Numbered from the stretch's first letter, positions 17,191 through 27,122 are shown. The stretch is DNA of 31,902 nucleotides from a virus (IMGVR_UViG_2925939204_000002), one strand, 5' to 3'. Made by a program: numbers and translations. Notes: generated by a model not told the origin, from the letters alone.

Positions 17191-18039
17191 TTATGACGCC
17201 GCCTTCTGGCGGGCTGTCGTGGTTCTTTTCTTCGCTGCCGGCTTGCTTTTAGCGGCGGGCTTTTTGGTTTCCCGCTTCGCTTTTGGCTGGGCTGGCGGCG
17301 TTGCCGTCTGGGTTTCGGTGTTGTTTGCTTCTGGCTTGCCGTCTGCGCCCTCACCGTCAGCAGGTTGCCCGGACTTCTTAAGCGCACGTTGCAGAAGCTC
17401 AATATCACGGGTTACGCCTGCTTTTTTCGGGTTCAACACTGCCGCCTGGCGCAGGTATTCAACCGCAGCGGTAAGCGATTCAACGTTGTCAGTCAGGCGC
17501 AGCGTATACCCCAGCGCCTTAAGCAGCTTTGAGCGCACCTCATCCGGCATATCTTCGTTCAGGGTTAAGCCCCGTAACGCTTCCAGCAGGTCAGCGGCGA
17601 CCGGCGCAACAGCCGGGTTAGCTTTGAATGCAGCCAGGACGGGATCGCAAATTTCTTCCACCAGTACGGTGGCAGTGGTGCGGCGATACTGATCCGGCAT
17701 CGGCAACTTATGGCGCAAGACATACTGACCAATGCGCAGGGCTTCAGCGATATTTCCGCAGTCACAGCACCAGATCATGACGGTGGTTAACACGTCGTCA
17801 GACTGGCCGGAATCTGCCGTAAGTACGCCTTCGATCCACGGCTGGTAGTCCGGCAGCAGTTCGCGTTTTAAATCCGCTTTAGCCTTCTGGGACTGGACAC
17901 GGCTTAAACGGGCTTTATCCAGTCGCAGGCGGTGAAGCATGGTTTCGTAGGCCGTCATTTCAAGCTGCGACGGCTCACGGCTGGCGTGGCGGCGTTCAGC
18001 CATCACGCGGTTAAAATGTTGTTGAGCAGGTGTCAACAT
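17191..18039 (-). CDS. Terminase small (endonuclease) subunit M (P2 gpM family) with basic low-complexity C-terminal tail
   Basis: 282-aa product between N and L; C-terminus rich in K/P/A/T. Confidence 0.85.
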   Translation of the reverse strand: MLTPAQQHFNRVMAERRHASREPSQLEMTAYETMLHRLRLDKARLSRVQSQKAKADLKRELLPDYQPWIEGVLTADSGQSDDVLTTVMIWCCDCGNIAEALRIGQYVLRHKLPMPDQYRRTTATVLVEEICDPVLAAFKANPAVAPVAADLLEALRGLTLNEDMPDEVRSKLLKALGYTLRLTDNVESLTAAVEYLRQAAVLNPKKAGVTRDIELLQRALKKSGQPADGEGADGKPEANNTETQTATPPAQPKAKRETKKPAAKSKPAAKKRTTTARQKAAS

Positions 18040-18081
18040 GATGCCCCCAAAGCGGCCAGCAGTTAGCTGGCCTGCGCTGAT

Positions 18082-19128
18082 TTATGGTGCCGGTGCTGGT
18101 TCGGCGGCGGTAATGCCTTCGATCAGACAGCCGAAGCCGTAATCTTCAACAACATAGGCATCATTTGACGAACTGTAAGTAGAGACGCGGTTATATTCCG
18201 GCTCTTCCACAATGCGGCGACGGTGCGCACCTTCCTGCCAGTAAATCGACAGGTTTTCCCACGAAGTGATAAACATGCTGCCATCAGGGAAGAAAGGCGC
18301 GATGAACGAAGGCAGGTTGCCGATCGTCTTACGCGATGCGATCAACTGACCGGCCAGCGCTTCGGAGTTCGGGTTATTGGTGCTGACAGCGTTGATGATC
18401 GGGAACGAACGGCTAACCGTCAGGTTACGACCGGTGATCACCACCAGATTGGGCGAATCTTTGTACCACTCGTCCATCAGTGAGTTAACCGCGTCATAAA
18501 CCAGCGAGTCGTAGTTACCGTAATCACCTTTAGCGATCACCTGGTTGGAATCGTCGCGGCTGGTCACGGTGATATCTTTCATTACACGTTGCGGCGCGTT
18601 TGCGCGGTACTGTTGCAGCCAGCCGATGCCACAATCCTGCAAAAGCGGGTTGGCGTTGCGGTCTGACTTATCCGCGTAGCTGGTTCCGTTAAAGCCGATC
18701 ATGATGCGATCAAGCGCGATACGCTGGATGATCTGATTGCTCAGACGCTGCTGGAAATCGGGGAATTTAGCCCAGGCATCAAGCTGCGCATAAGAGGCGA
18801 AAGTATCCGCGTTCACCTTATTACAGGTGTACTTGTTTGAATCCAGCGCCGTGACGGAAACAGGCTGGCGGCGATCGGTGGTGGAATTGTTGGTGCTGGA
18901 GATCGGGCCGCTCACACCCAGACCGATTTTTTCACCGGACTGATCGTTAACGCCGTAGATATTAATCTTCTTCAACATTTCGGAAGACTGCTGCACCTTG
19001 TCTTCAAGCGTCTGCTCAACGCTCGGATCAATGCTGAACGCCTTTGTTACGTGGGACTTATTGATGTGATTCAGTTCAGCTTGTCGCTCAAGATACGCAT
19101 CAAACAATTCACGGGTAGAATTACGCAT
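18082..19128 (-). CDS. Major capsid protein N (P2 gpN family)
   Basis: 348-aa product, size and position between O and M. Confidence 0.9.
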   Translation of the reverse strand: MRNSTRELFDAYLERQAELNHINKSHVTKAFSIDPSVEQTLEDKVQQSSEMLKKINIYGVNDQSGEKIGLGVSGPISSTNNSTTDRRQPVSVTALDSNKYTCNKVNADTFASYAQLDAWAKFPDFQQRLSNQIIQRIALDRIMIGFNGTSYADKSDRNANPLLQDCGIGWLQQYRANAPQRVMKDITVTSRDDSNQVIAKGDYGNYDSLVYDAVNSLMDEWYKDSPNLVVITGRNLTVSRSFPIINAVSTNNPNSEALAGQLIASRKTIGNLPSFIAPFFPDGSMFITSWENLSIYWQEGAHRRRIVEEPEYNRVSTYSSSNDAYVVEDYGFGCLIEGITAAEPAPAP

Positions 19129-19168
19129 AGTTATATTTCCTGTACTGTTCCTTCGTTACTGGCGGCGA

Positions 19169-20014
19169 TCAGCAGTCAGCAAGCTGGGCGTTAGATTTTT
19201 CAGTTGCGCCGGTCGCTTCCGGGCGGCGGTATTTACTGGCGTCCTGGGTAGAAAGCTGCGCTTTCATCTCGTCGAACTCAGAGCGCAACTTATCCACCGC
19301 TTCGGCGGTCTGCTTGTTCTTAAGCTGCCCTGCGCTCAGTTTTTCCATCTTGTCCAGCAATTCACCCTGACTTTCCGCTACCAGTTCAACCGCCTGGCGG
19401 ATATCGCCATTTTCACGATCGAAGTGCTGGCGGGTTCCGGTCAGCATTTCCTTGATACGGGAAAAGAAATTCTTCCCGGTGTCGGACGCTGGCGGCTCTT
19501 CCTGCGCAAATTCGAGGGATGATTCCAGGGTTTCAGTGAAGAAGCATTCAGGTGCGTAGTGACGCGCAGCCAGTGGGTTGGCGCTGGCGTTCTGGGTGCA
19601 AAACTTCATCATTTCGGTGCCCAGGCTCGCCGGGTTATCGGTACAGGCCAGCCCCATAAGGTAGGCTTTTCCGGTGTCGGCAAAGGACGGATGCACCTCA
19701 ATGCTATGGTAGATTTTCTGGCGTTTGCCTTTCAGTTCTACCAGTTCGTCCGTGGCGTCCACCTTCACCAGAAGCGCCAGTTTGCCCTTTAGCGGGCCCT
19801 CGGCAATCTCTTCTGCTTTGGCTTCAACCACGTCACCATACGCGCGGAAATCGCTTGTCGGCGACCAGCCTAAAATGTGCTCCAGATTGACGCGGGCGCC
19901 ATATACCTGGGGATCGTACTGTTCGGCCATTTCGGTGATGTGCTGACGTTCCAGTACTCGACCGTCACAGGTTGCGCCCTCTACTGCGGCGCGGAAAAAA
20001 TTTGTCATTGGCAT
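19169..20014 (-). CDS. Capsid scaffolding protein O (P2 gpO family)
   Basis: Internal ATG at 20014 gives MPMTNFFRAAVEGATCDGRVLERQHITEMAEQYDPQVYGARVNLEH, matching the gpO N-terminus; the longer 440-aa ORF runs into the divergent P gene and is rejected. Confidence 0.85.
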   Translation of the reverse strand: MPMTNFFRAAVEGATCDGRVLERQHITEMAEQYDPQVYGARVNLEHILGWSPTSDFRAYGDVVEAKAEEIAEGPLKGKLALLVKVDATDELVELKGKRQKIYHSIEVHPSFADTGKAYLMGLACTDNPASLGTEMMKFCTQNASANPLAARHYAPECFFTETLESSLEFAQEEPPASDTGKNFFSRIKEMLTGTRQHFDRENGDIRQAVELVAESQGELLDKMEKLSAGQLKNKQTAEAVDKLRSEFDEMKAQLSTQDASKYRRPEATGATEKSNAQLADC

Positions 20015-20103
20015 GGTGACAAAGCTCCGGGTTGGTAAGCGATTGATATTAACCAGTGCCCCAATCATTCCCTTTGCGGCCGGAAGGCGCAAAGCCTTCA
20101 CTT

Positions 20104-20121
20104 TGTCGGACTCAGGCGACA
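20104..20121. promoter_or_regulatory. Candidate Ogr-binding dyad in the divergent O/P late promoter region
   Basis: tgt cggactcaggcg aca is an exact TGT-N12-ACA; spacing fits the O promoter; the P promoter site was not identified. Confidence 0.4.
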
Positions 20122-20167
20122 ACCAGCGGCGATATTGTTGCGCGCGCGAGCGCGATAGCCTGTTGCC

Positions 20168-21880
20168 ATGAATACAGCCGAAGACCTCAGCACAAAAGCC
20201 AAAAGCCTCTACTGGCAGGCGTTTAGCATCACTCAGATTTCTAAGGAAATCGGGGTGAGCATTAACACGATCTACAGTTGGCGCCGCCGCTATGAATGGG
20301 ATAAAGCTACCCCCATGCAGCGGGTGCAGGATCGCACGCACGTTCGTTACCTGCGCCTGGTGGAAAAGGACGACAAAACCCCGAAGGACTTTAAAGAAAT
20401 TGACCTGCTGGCGCGCCAGCTTGACCGCTTTGAACGGCATGAGCGACGCGACCAGGAGAAAGAGAAGAAGGCGAAGACCCCGAAAAACCATTTCACCGAA
20501 GAACAGATAACTCAGCTTCGCGCCCTGATCTTTGATTCGCTATACGAGCATCAAAAACGCTGGTTCAAACAGTGGAACCGGCGTAACCGCTTTATCCTCA
20601 AATCGCGCCAGATTGGTGCCACCTGGTACTTTGCCCGCGAAGCGCTGTTGCGTGCGCTGGAAACCGGAAATAATCAGATATTCCTGTCAGCCAGCCGCGC
20701 CCAGGCGTTCCAGTTCAAGCGGTTCATTCAGAAGCTGGCAAGGGAAATAGGAGTAGAACTTAAGGGCGGTGATGCCATTGAGTTAAGCAACGGTGCGATC
20801 CTGTATTTTCTCGGCACCTCCGCCGCGACGGCCCAGAGCTACACCGGCGATCTGTACCTTGATGAAGCCTTCTGGATCAGTAATTTCATCAAACTGCGCT
20901 CGGTGGCCGCAGGCATGGCGACACAAAAAGGACTGCGCCGCACCTACTTTTCGACGCCTTCCAGTGAAGAACATGAAGCCTATCCCTTCTGGACTGGCGA
21001 TCAGTTCAATGAAAGCCGCCGCCGATCCGATCGGGTGGATATCGACACCAGTTATAAGGCACTGAAAAACGGCAAGCTATGCGGGGATAACATCTGGCGC
21101 CAGATAGTCACGCTGGAAGACGCCATGAAGCTCGGTTTCGATCTGGTTGATATTGATGAAATCCGTAGCGAAAACTCCCTTGACGAATACGCCAACCTGT
21201 ACGGATGTACCTTCGTTAAAGCAGGGGAACGCGCCTTCGACTACAACACAATTTTGGGCTGCGGCGTTGATGGCTACATGCCGGACGCGTGGCCGGACTG
21301 GAACCCGTTTGCACCTCGCCCGCTGGGTAATCGCCCTGTCTGGGTTAGCTATGACCCCAACGGCAGCAGCGGCAAAGGCGACAGCGCCGGGCTGGTTGTG
21401 CTGGCCCCGCCAGCCGTGCCGGGTGGCAAGTTCCGCGCGGTAGAACGCCACCAGTTACGCGGCATGGAGTACGAAGAGCAGGCCAAATTTATTAAAGAGA
21501 TCACCACCCGCTACAACGTGCAGCACATTGCTATCGACGGCACAGGGATCGGCGATGCGGTTTATCAACTGGTGATCAAGTTCTTCCCGCAGGCGGTTAA
21601 ATACAACTATTCACCGGTTCTTAAGCGGTCGATGGTGCTCAAAATGTTGATGGTCATTCGTGCCGGGCGCTTTGAGTTCGACGCCGGAATGATGGATCTC
21701 GCACAGTCGTTTATGACCGTGCGTAAAGTCACCGCAGGCGGCGTTATTACCTACCAGTCCGATCGGGCCCGTGGCAGCAATCACGGCGATCTGGCATGGG
21801 CAACTATGCAGGGCATTTACAACGAACCGATCGGCGCGGAAGTGACCGGCGATAACGGCAGTTTTGTGGAGGAGTTTTAA
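20168..21880 (+). CDS. Terminase large (ATPase) subunit P (P2 gpP family)
   Basis: 570-aa product with N-terminal HTH-like region; divergent from O as in P2. Confidence 0.9.
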   Translation: MNTAEDLSTKAKSLYWQAFSITQISKEIGVSINTIYSWRRRYEWDKATPMQRVQDRTHVRYLRLVEKDDKTPKDFKEIDLLARQLDRFERHERRDQEKEKKAKTPKNHFTEEQITQLRALIFDSLYEHQKRWFKQWNRRNRFILKSRQIGATWYFAREALLRALETGNNQIFLSASRAQAFQFKRFIQKLAREIGVELKGGDAIELSNGAILYFLGTSAATAQSYTGDLYLDEAFWISNFIKLRSVAAGMATQKGLRRTYFSTPSSEEHEAYPFWTGDQFNESRRRSDRVDIDTSYKALKNGKLCGDNIWRQIVTLEDAMKLGFDLVDIDEIRSENSLDEYANLYGCTFVKAGERAFDYNTILGCGVDGYMPDAWPDWNPFAPRPLGNRPVWVSYDPNGSSGKGDSAGLVVLAPPAVPGGKFRAVERHQLRGMEYEEQAKFIKEITTRYNVQHIAIDGTGIGDAVYQLVIKFFPQAVKYNYSPVLKRSMVLKMLMVIRAGRFEFDAGMMDLAQSFMTVRKVTAGGVITYQSDRARGSNHGDLAWATMQGIYNEPIGAEVTGDNGSFVEEF

Positions 21881-22930
21881 TTGAGCGGCAAAAAAAAATT
21901 CAGGGCGCCAACTGCTGCGCCAGCCAGCACGGCCAGCAACGCAGCCACCCCGCTGGAAAGCGTGGAATCTTTCAGCTTTGGCGACCCGATCGCAGTCAAC
22001 GATCGCGCGTCTCTTATGGAGTGCCTCGAATGCCATAACAATGGCCGCTGGTATGAACCACCGATCAGCCCCTACGGGCTGGCGCGCATGTTCGACGTTG
22101 CCGCCTATCACCAGTCACCGCTGATATTTAAACGCAATGTTATCGCCAGTTGCTACATACCGCACCCGCTGTTGACCCGGCAGGAGTTCACCGCCTGGGT
22201 GCAGGATTATTTAATTTTCGGTAACTGTTACATGGAATGCCGCCGCAACCGACTCGGCCAGCCGATCGAGCTGCGGCACAGCCAGGCAAAATATACGCGG
22301 CGCGGCATAGACCCGGCGCAATTCTGGTTTGTTCCGCGCTACGTTGACGATCACGCGTTCGAACCGGGCAGCGTCTGCCAGATCAAGAACCCCAGCCCGC
22401 ACCAGGAGATCTACGGTGCGCCGGAATATCTGGCCGCGCTACAAAGCGCCATGCTGAACGGTGAAGCAACGGTGTTCCGCCGCAACTACTACATTAACGG
22501 CAGTCATGCGGGTGTGATCGTCTACCTCACTGACCCGGTGGCGAATAATAACGATGTGGAAAAGCTTAAGAAGTCGCTGAAAGATGCACGCGGCAACGGT
22601 GCTTTTAAAAACCTGTTTGTCTACGCGGCGGGCGGGAAAAAAGACGGCCTGCAAATTATGCCGTTCAGCCAGGTGGCGGCGAAGGATGAGTTTACCGGCA
22701 TCAAAGACGCCACCCGCGACGACCTGTTAGCCGCGCACCGCGTGCCGCCCGTTCTGATGGGGGTAATGCCGAATAACTCCGGTGGCTTCGGCGACGTAGA
22801 GAAAGCGGCGAAGGTGTTTTCCATCAACGAACTGGCCCCGATACAAGAAAGCCTGAAAGAGTTAAACGACTGGCTGGGGATCGACGTGGTGCGCTTCAAC
22901 CCTTACGCACTGTTGCAGGCAGCAATCTGA
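21881..22930 (+). CDS. Portal protein Q (P2 gpQ family)
   Basis: 349-aa ORF beginning at TTG directly after the P stop; last gene before cos; exact start codon uncertain. Confidence 0.85.
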   Translation: MSGKKKFRAPTAAPASTASNAATPLESVESFSFGDPIAVNDRASLMECLECHNNGRWYEPPISPYGLARMFDVAAYHQSPLIFKRNVIASCYIPHPLLTRQEFTAWVQDYLIFGNCYMECRRNRLGQPIELRHSQAKYTRRGIDPAQFWFVPRYVDDHAFEPGSVCQIKNPSPHQEIYGAPEYLAALQSAMLNGEATVFRRNYYINGSHAGVIVYLTDPVANNNDVEKLKKSLKDARGNGAFKNLFVYAAGGKKDGLQIMPFSQVAAKDEFTGIKDATRDDLLAAHRVPPVLMGVMPNNSGGFGDVEKAAKVFSINELAPIQESLKELNDWLGIDVVRFNPYALLQAAI

Positions 22931-23000
22931 CGCCAGCCCGGACACACCCACCACCACCGCGCAAAGGCCTACACGGCCATAACTGACCACACCGCACGTA

Positions 23001-23038
23001 AGCCCCTCAGCAGCCTGCTGGCAGGGGCTTTTCTTTTT
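23001..23038 (+). terminator. Rho-independent terminator after Q
   Basis: agcccct ... aggggct stem followed by ttttctttttcc. Confidence 0.55.
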
Positions 23039-23140
23039 CCTCAACCCACCACGGCGAACCGAAAACGACGCAGCAGCGAGGCGCAGCGGCGCGAAAATCG
23101 GCGCAGATAATACCGACCCTATCCCACCCCTCAGCGCGCG

Positions 23141-23159
23141 CTCATTCCCCCGCCTCGCC
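23141..23159. other. Candidate cos site (cohesive-end sequence)
   Basis: ctcattcccccgcctcgcc is the reverse complement of GGCGAGGCGGGGGAATGAG, closely resembling the P2 cohesive end as I recall it (GGCGAGGCGGGGAAAGCAC); located just beyond Q as in P2. Confidence 0.5.
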
Positions 23160-23413
23160 CGCACGCAGAAACCCCGCTTTTTTGTGCAAATGTGCAGACC
23201 ACCGGAAGGCCCACCCCGCCTGGTCTGCCCTGAGAAAATCACCATCATAAAATTTGTGCAATTTTGCTCCAATTTGTGCGTTGAATTCTGAACGTCTAAA
23301 GCTCATTTTTTTCTAAGCAAAATGGACGAAAATAAGCCAATCATGTATAGATAACGCCATGAACCGTAATAGTATTTATTGCAACTAACTATGACAATTT
23401 AGAAGGAACCGTT

Positions 23414-24526
23414 ATGGACGTTTATGTTTATGCTGATGAATCTGGACATTCAGGTCGCAATATTTTTGACGAGAGATCACCGACATACTTTCAGGGGGCG
23501 ATAATCTCTCATGGTGACGTTGATCCTATCATTAACGAAGTTGTCCAGCGGCACTGCAAGGCTTTAGGCGTTCCGCGTCTTCACTCAAATGAACACCAAG
23601 AGCATGTTGTTTCAGTAATTTGCTCAGATCTTCTTGATGCACTTGAAAATACCTCTTGGGAATTTTCACTCTGCGTTATTCACAAACCTTATCTCGCACC
23701 AACCAAGTTTGTTGATCTGTTTTTTGATAGTGCTGATAATCCTGGCGTCCCGGTCTTGTGGTACAACACCGAATTATTTAGACATGCTATGTGCTTAGGT
23801 ATGGCAGATATCTTGTCCGATGAAGATAACAAGGCTTTTTGGGATGGTTTCCTGAGCGACGACATGCCAAAAATGCTTCAAGTTGCGGAAATTGCACTTT
23901 CAAGAATTGACCGCATACTAGATCCGCGAATGAAAGAAGTTATGACTGATGGTTTAACTTACGCGATCAGCCACCCTGACGAATTCACCTTAATTTGTAC
24001 CCATGGGAAAAGCGCCTACAAAGGCCAAACGCCTAATATGGTTGCTTTTTCTAGTCTGATGGGGGCTACACATTCTTTCTGTAAAAAGCATTCCTCTTCC
24101 GTAAAAGAATTGATCCATGACAGAAGCGACGAGTTTCGCGGGACGATGAGAGAATATCACCGCATTTTTCATAAAATCGATCATGTAGAGGACGATTTGG
24201 GGGGCCCAATTCTTTTTGAGGAGGCTCAATTCGATTTAGGTAAATTCGATCTTCGAAGTTCAGAAAGTCATCCAGCGCTGCAAGCTGTAGATGTTTTTTT
24301 GTGGATGCTGCAAAGAGACTTGATTACTGATGAAGGAAAAAAAGCTCTAGAACGACTAAAAAAACATCTCAATGATTTCGTGATATCTCCTTCCATGTCT
24401 CAGTTGATTGTAAGGGCACGTACATATCAACTTAACAGTAAACCTCTTTCATCTGAACAGTTCAAAGCGGGAAGAAAATTTTCTGCTCAGTTAGAAGCTA
24501 AACGACAGAAGCGTTTGAGAAGATAA
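23414..24526 (+). CDS. Hypothetical protein, 370 aa, AT-rich moron in the cos-proximal hotspot (P2 old/tin position); candidate defence gene
   Basis: ATG at 23414 with gaagga RBS; AT-rich codon usage; N-terminal YVYADESGHSG motif (reminiscent of DUF3800-type proteins, unverified); no P-loop seen; flanked by terminators. Confidence 0.7.
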   Translation: MDVYVYADESGHSGRNIFDERSPTYFQGAIISHGDVDPIINEVVQRHCKALGVPRLHSNEHQEHVVSVICSDLLDALENTSWEFSLCVIHKPYLAPTKFVDLFFDSADNPGVPVLWYNTELFRHAMCLGMADILSDEDNKAFWDGFLSDDMPKMLQVAEIALSRIDRILDPRMKEVMTDGLTYAISHPDEFTLICTHGKSAYKGQTPNMVAFSSLMGATHSFCKKHSSSVKELIHDRSDEFRGTMREYHRIFHKIDHVEDDLGGPILFEEAQFDLGKFDLRSSESHPALQAVDVFLWMLQRDLITDEGKKALERLKKHLNDFVISPSMSQLIVRARTYQLNSKPLSSEQFKAGRKFSAQLEAKRQKRLRR

Positions 24527-24542
24527 TTAAAACATACCCATA

Positions 24543-24570
24543 AATGGCGCCTCATGGCGCCATTGCTTTT
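24543..24570. terminator. Bidirectional hairpin terminator between the convergent 370-aa gene and gene A
   Basis: aatggcgcc-tcat-ggcgccatt perfect 9-bp stem followed by gctttt. Confidence 0.5.
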
Positions 24571-24576
24571 GGCTAA

Positions 24577-26946
24577 TTATATCTCATTTAATAAATGGCC
24601 CTTAAACGCTGCCTTCATCCTGTTCACAAGGTCGCTTGTCTTTTTCTTCGCTGCCATCACCTGTGACGGCAGCTTATCCAGCCCGGATGCGGCGCGGTTG
24701 CGCGATACCAACCGCCCGTCCTGCACGGTCATAACAAGATCACCGCACGCCACTGACGCACCGGCCATCATCGATCTGACCATTCCGGCGCTTGCATCAA
24801 TCCCACGTAGCGCCAGCAGTTCACTGATCTGCTGCTCTTTGACTGATAGCCCTGCTTCCTCTTCCCATTCCGGTGGCCGCGTTTTCCGCTTGGCGCGTAC
24901 ATCGTCACTTAATCGCTGCGCCAGTTCCCGCTTTTCTTGCCGTGAAAGAGCATCAAAATTCACCGTCTCGCCCACTTCGTGATCGGCATGTTCAAGACCG
25001 TCAGCACCTGTTGCGGGATCCCGCGTACAGTTATTGACAGAACTCCGAGGGGCGGCGCTGCCGCCTGAAAAACCAACGTCAACGGCCACACCGTCAGCGC
25101 TCTGGCGCTTCGGCACGATTTTGTATTTAGTGGTGCGGGTGAAGATCAAAGAGTCATTGCCCGTAATCGGGCAATAGATACCGGTGATTCGCTGGACGTT
25201 ATCGCCGTAGGCGTTGCCGTTTTCAGTGGTTTCATAATTCAGACGGATGCGCAGCTTATCGCGCTCAACCAACGGGCCACCCTGGGCTAATACGTAGTTA
25301 TCCCATTCGCCACCGTTAGCGGCCTGCCGGGCGGTTTCCAGTTCAGGGTGTAACACCAGTTCGCGATCGCCCAGGCGGCGAAGTTCGCGATATACCGTGA
25401 CCGGTGCACCGCCGATCTGCTGAAACTGACGAATAGCCCAGCGCGATGCCCACGCGCTAACGCGGAGTGACATTTCTTTCAGGTCTTCCCCGGTTTCGTC
25501 GTCCTTCTCACCATCCAGCGCGAAGCCGTCGATATTCTTCGAAATGTATTTCGCTATGTAGCCGGTTGCGCTGCCGTGGGCATCATCGATCGGCACAACC
25601 TGAAAGCGGTTTTCCTGCGCTCCCGGTTCGTTGCCGTCTTCTTTCAGGGCATATTTACGGAAGATTTCGCGCGCCTGCTCGACGCATTCCGGGCGCATAA
25701 AAAGAAGTAAATGCCAGTGTGGCGTTGCATCGTGGTGCGGTTCGACCACGCGAAAACCAAAGACGCGGATCCCTTTTCTCTTCCACGCTGCGCGGGTTCT
25801 CGCCCAGACTTTGCAAAGATATTGCTGCGTCTCGCGCGGCGATGCGCCACAGTATTTATTATTGCGGCGCCCGTTATGCTGCATGGAGTGGTAACGGGAA
25901 GGTGCTGTCAGCGTGTAGAAGTCACCGGCCAGCCCTTCCAGCTTCGCCAGATCTTCAAATCCGCGCATTCTCGTCATGAGTTCGCGGCGACGGTTGGCCG
26001 GATTGGCAACACTACCGGCGACTTTATCGATCAGTGAAATGCGTTCGCCCGTGTCCTGGTCTTCCAGTTCCATAGCCTTAAGGTATTCACGGTTAGCCTT
26101 TTTTTGGGCCAACCATTCCGTAAGGCACGGGGCGCTACTGTATGGGAAAGATTTTTTCTGGACGTATCCCGCAGCGATCATCAAATGCTCACGCCACCGG
26201 GCATGGATACGGCGCAGGCGGTTTAACCACCACTGCGGTGACTCAAGGCGAAGAACCGCGCGTAACGCGTCCTCCGCTTCCAGTTCTTCATTGCAATACG
26301 CCGTCCAGCCGGGGATCGGAGTTTTCAGATGCACCGCCAGCGACGCAATACGGCCATAGCCAGAAAGCGCCGCGAACTCAGGATCTCCGGTGCGTGCCAA
26401 TTGGTGATCGGACTCGCGTATAAACTCGCTCGTAAAGATATCGGCAAGCGTATAAGCCAGTCTTTTTAACTCTTTCTTCCCTGCCCAGAGCATACGGAAC
26501 AGCTGATCGCGGATTGGCAGCAGAATGCCGGGCATCACAGTGTCAGGCTGGTAAACACTGTTCACACTATCAATTCGCGTTAATACGTGGCGCTCAAAGG
26601 TATTAACCAGCCAGTGATCTGCCGCTTTGCGGTCTTTCGCGTCCAGTGCATCCAGCTTCGCGGCAAAGTGGCGGCGGATATACTGCGGAAGTGAAGCCAG
26701 ACGGCGACGCAGCAGCTTGCTGCGCTCCGGCTTTTCGTCTTCCGCTACCAGTTCACTGAACGCAATATGCTTACGCGTGCCGTCCGGCGTGAGATAGTCG
26801 AAACCATCCAGCCCCGGCGCTACATCAACGCCAATAGGCTGGTATGGTTTGTTTCCCCCATAAGCGTAAGGGATAGCATTGTCAGTGCTACCCGGATACG
26901 GTGGAGGTGGAGAAGGGGCGCGACGGCCACGGGTTTCCGTGGTCAT
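24577..26946 (-). CDS. Rolling-circle replication initiator A (P2 gpA family, HUH endonuclease)
   Basis: 789-aa product with PHWHLLLF (HUH motif) and TGYIAKYISK (catalytic Tyr region). Confidence 0.9.
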   Translation of the reverse strand: MTTETRGRRAPSPPPPYPGSTDNAIPYAYGGNKPYQPIGVDVAPGLDGFDYLTPDGTRKHIAFSELVAEDEKPERSKLLRRRLASLPQYIRRHFAAKLDALDAKDRKAADHWLVNTFERHVLTRIDSVNSVYQPDTVMPGILLPIRDQLFRMLWAGKKELKRLAYTLADIFTSEFIRESDHQLARTGDPEFAALSGYGRIASLAVHLKTPIPGWTAYCNEELEAEDALRAVLRLESPQWWLNRLRRIHARWREHLMIAAGYVQKKSFPYSSAPCLTEWLAQKKANREYLKAMELEDQDTGERISLIDKVAGSVANPANRRRELMTRMRGFEDLAKLEGLAGDFYTLTAPSRYHSMQHNGRRNNKYCGASPRETQQYLCKVWARTRAAWKRKGIRVFGFRVVEPHHDATPHWHLLLFMRPECVEQAREIFRKYALKEDGNEPGAQENRFQVVPIDDAHGSATGYIAKYISKNIDGFALDGEKDDETGEDLKEMSLRVSAWASRWAIRQFQQIGGAPVTVYRELRRLGDRELVLHPELETARQAANGGEWDNYVLAQGGPLVERDKLRIRLNYETTENGNAYGDNVQRITGIYCPITGNDSLIFTRTTKYKIVPKRQSADGVAVDVGFSGGSAAPRSSVNNCTRDPATGADGLEHADHEVGETVNFDALSRQEKRELAQRLSDDVRAKRKTRPPEWEEEAGLSVKEQQISELLALRGIDASAGMVRSMMAGASVACGDLVMTVQDGRLVSRNRAASGLDKLPSQVMAAKKKTSDLVNRMKAAFKGHLLNEI

Positions 26947-27122
26947 ATTTGAACTACATCCCCTACTTTAACGGCTTTGGCTTCCTCTTCTGATTTCTTC
27001 AGAATTGTGGTTATTGACTCCCTTCCATAAGCTGTTACTTTCGCCTCAACCAACCAATACGGCACAATCTCGCCGCAACTCACGCTTATGATTTCAACGA
27101 TCCAGGCGTCTATAAGATTCAT
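26943..27122 (-). CDS. Small hypothetical protein (59 aa) translationally coupled between dam and A
   Basis: Hand translation MNLIDAWIVEIISVSCGEIVPYWLVEAKVTAYGRESITTILKKSEEEAKAVKVGDVVQI; its ATG overlaps the dam stop and its TGA overlaps the A start codon (ATGA). Below the ORF-track size cut-off. Confidence 0.35.
   Translation of the reverse strand: MNLIDAWIVEIISVSCGEIVPYWLVEAKVTAYGRESITTILKKSEEEAKAVKVGDVVQI

Noticed and set aside
20060-20100. tttgcggccggaaggcgcaaa dyad considered as the Ogr site for the P promoter
   Set aside because: Spacing is TTG-N13-CAA or TGC-N11-GCA, not TGT-N12-ACA; not called.
19169-20491. 440-aa minus-strand ORF covering gpO and extending through the O/P intergenic region into gene P
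   Set aside because: Similarity to gpO begins at the internal Met (20014); the upstream part overlaps the divergent terminase gene and promoter region and is an open-frame artefact.
22971-22988. 18-mer acacggccataactgacc sharing a 12-mer and a 9-mer with repeat copy A in permuted order
   Set aside because: Matches of this length are within chance expectation for a 32-kb window and there is no extended similarity; kept only as a note within the repeat finding.
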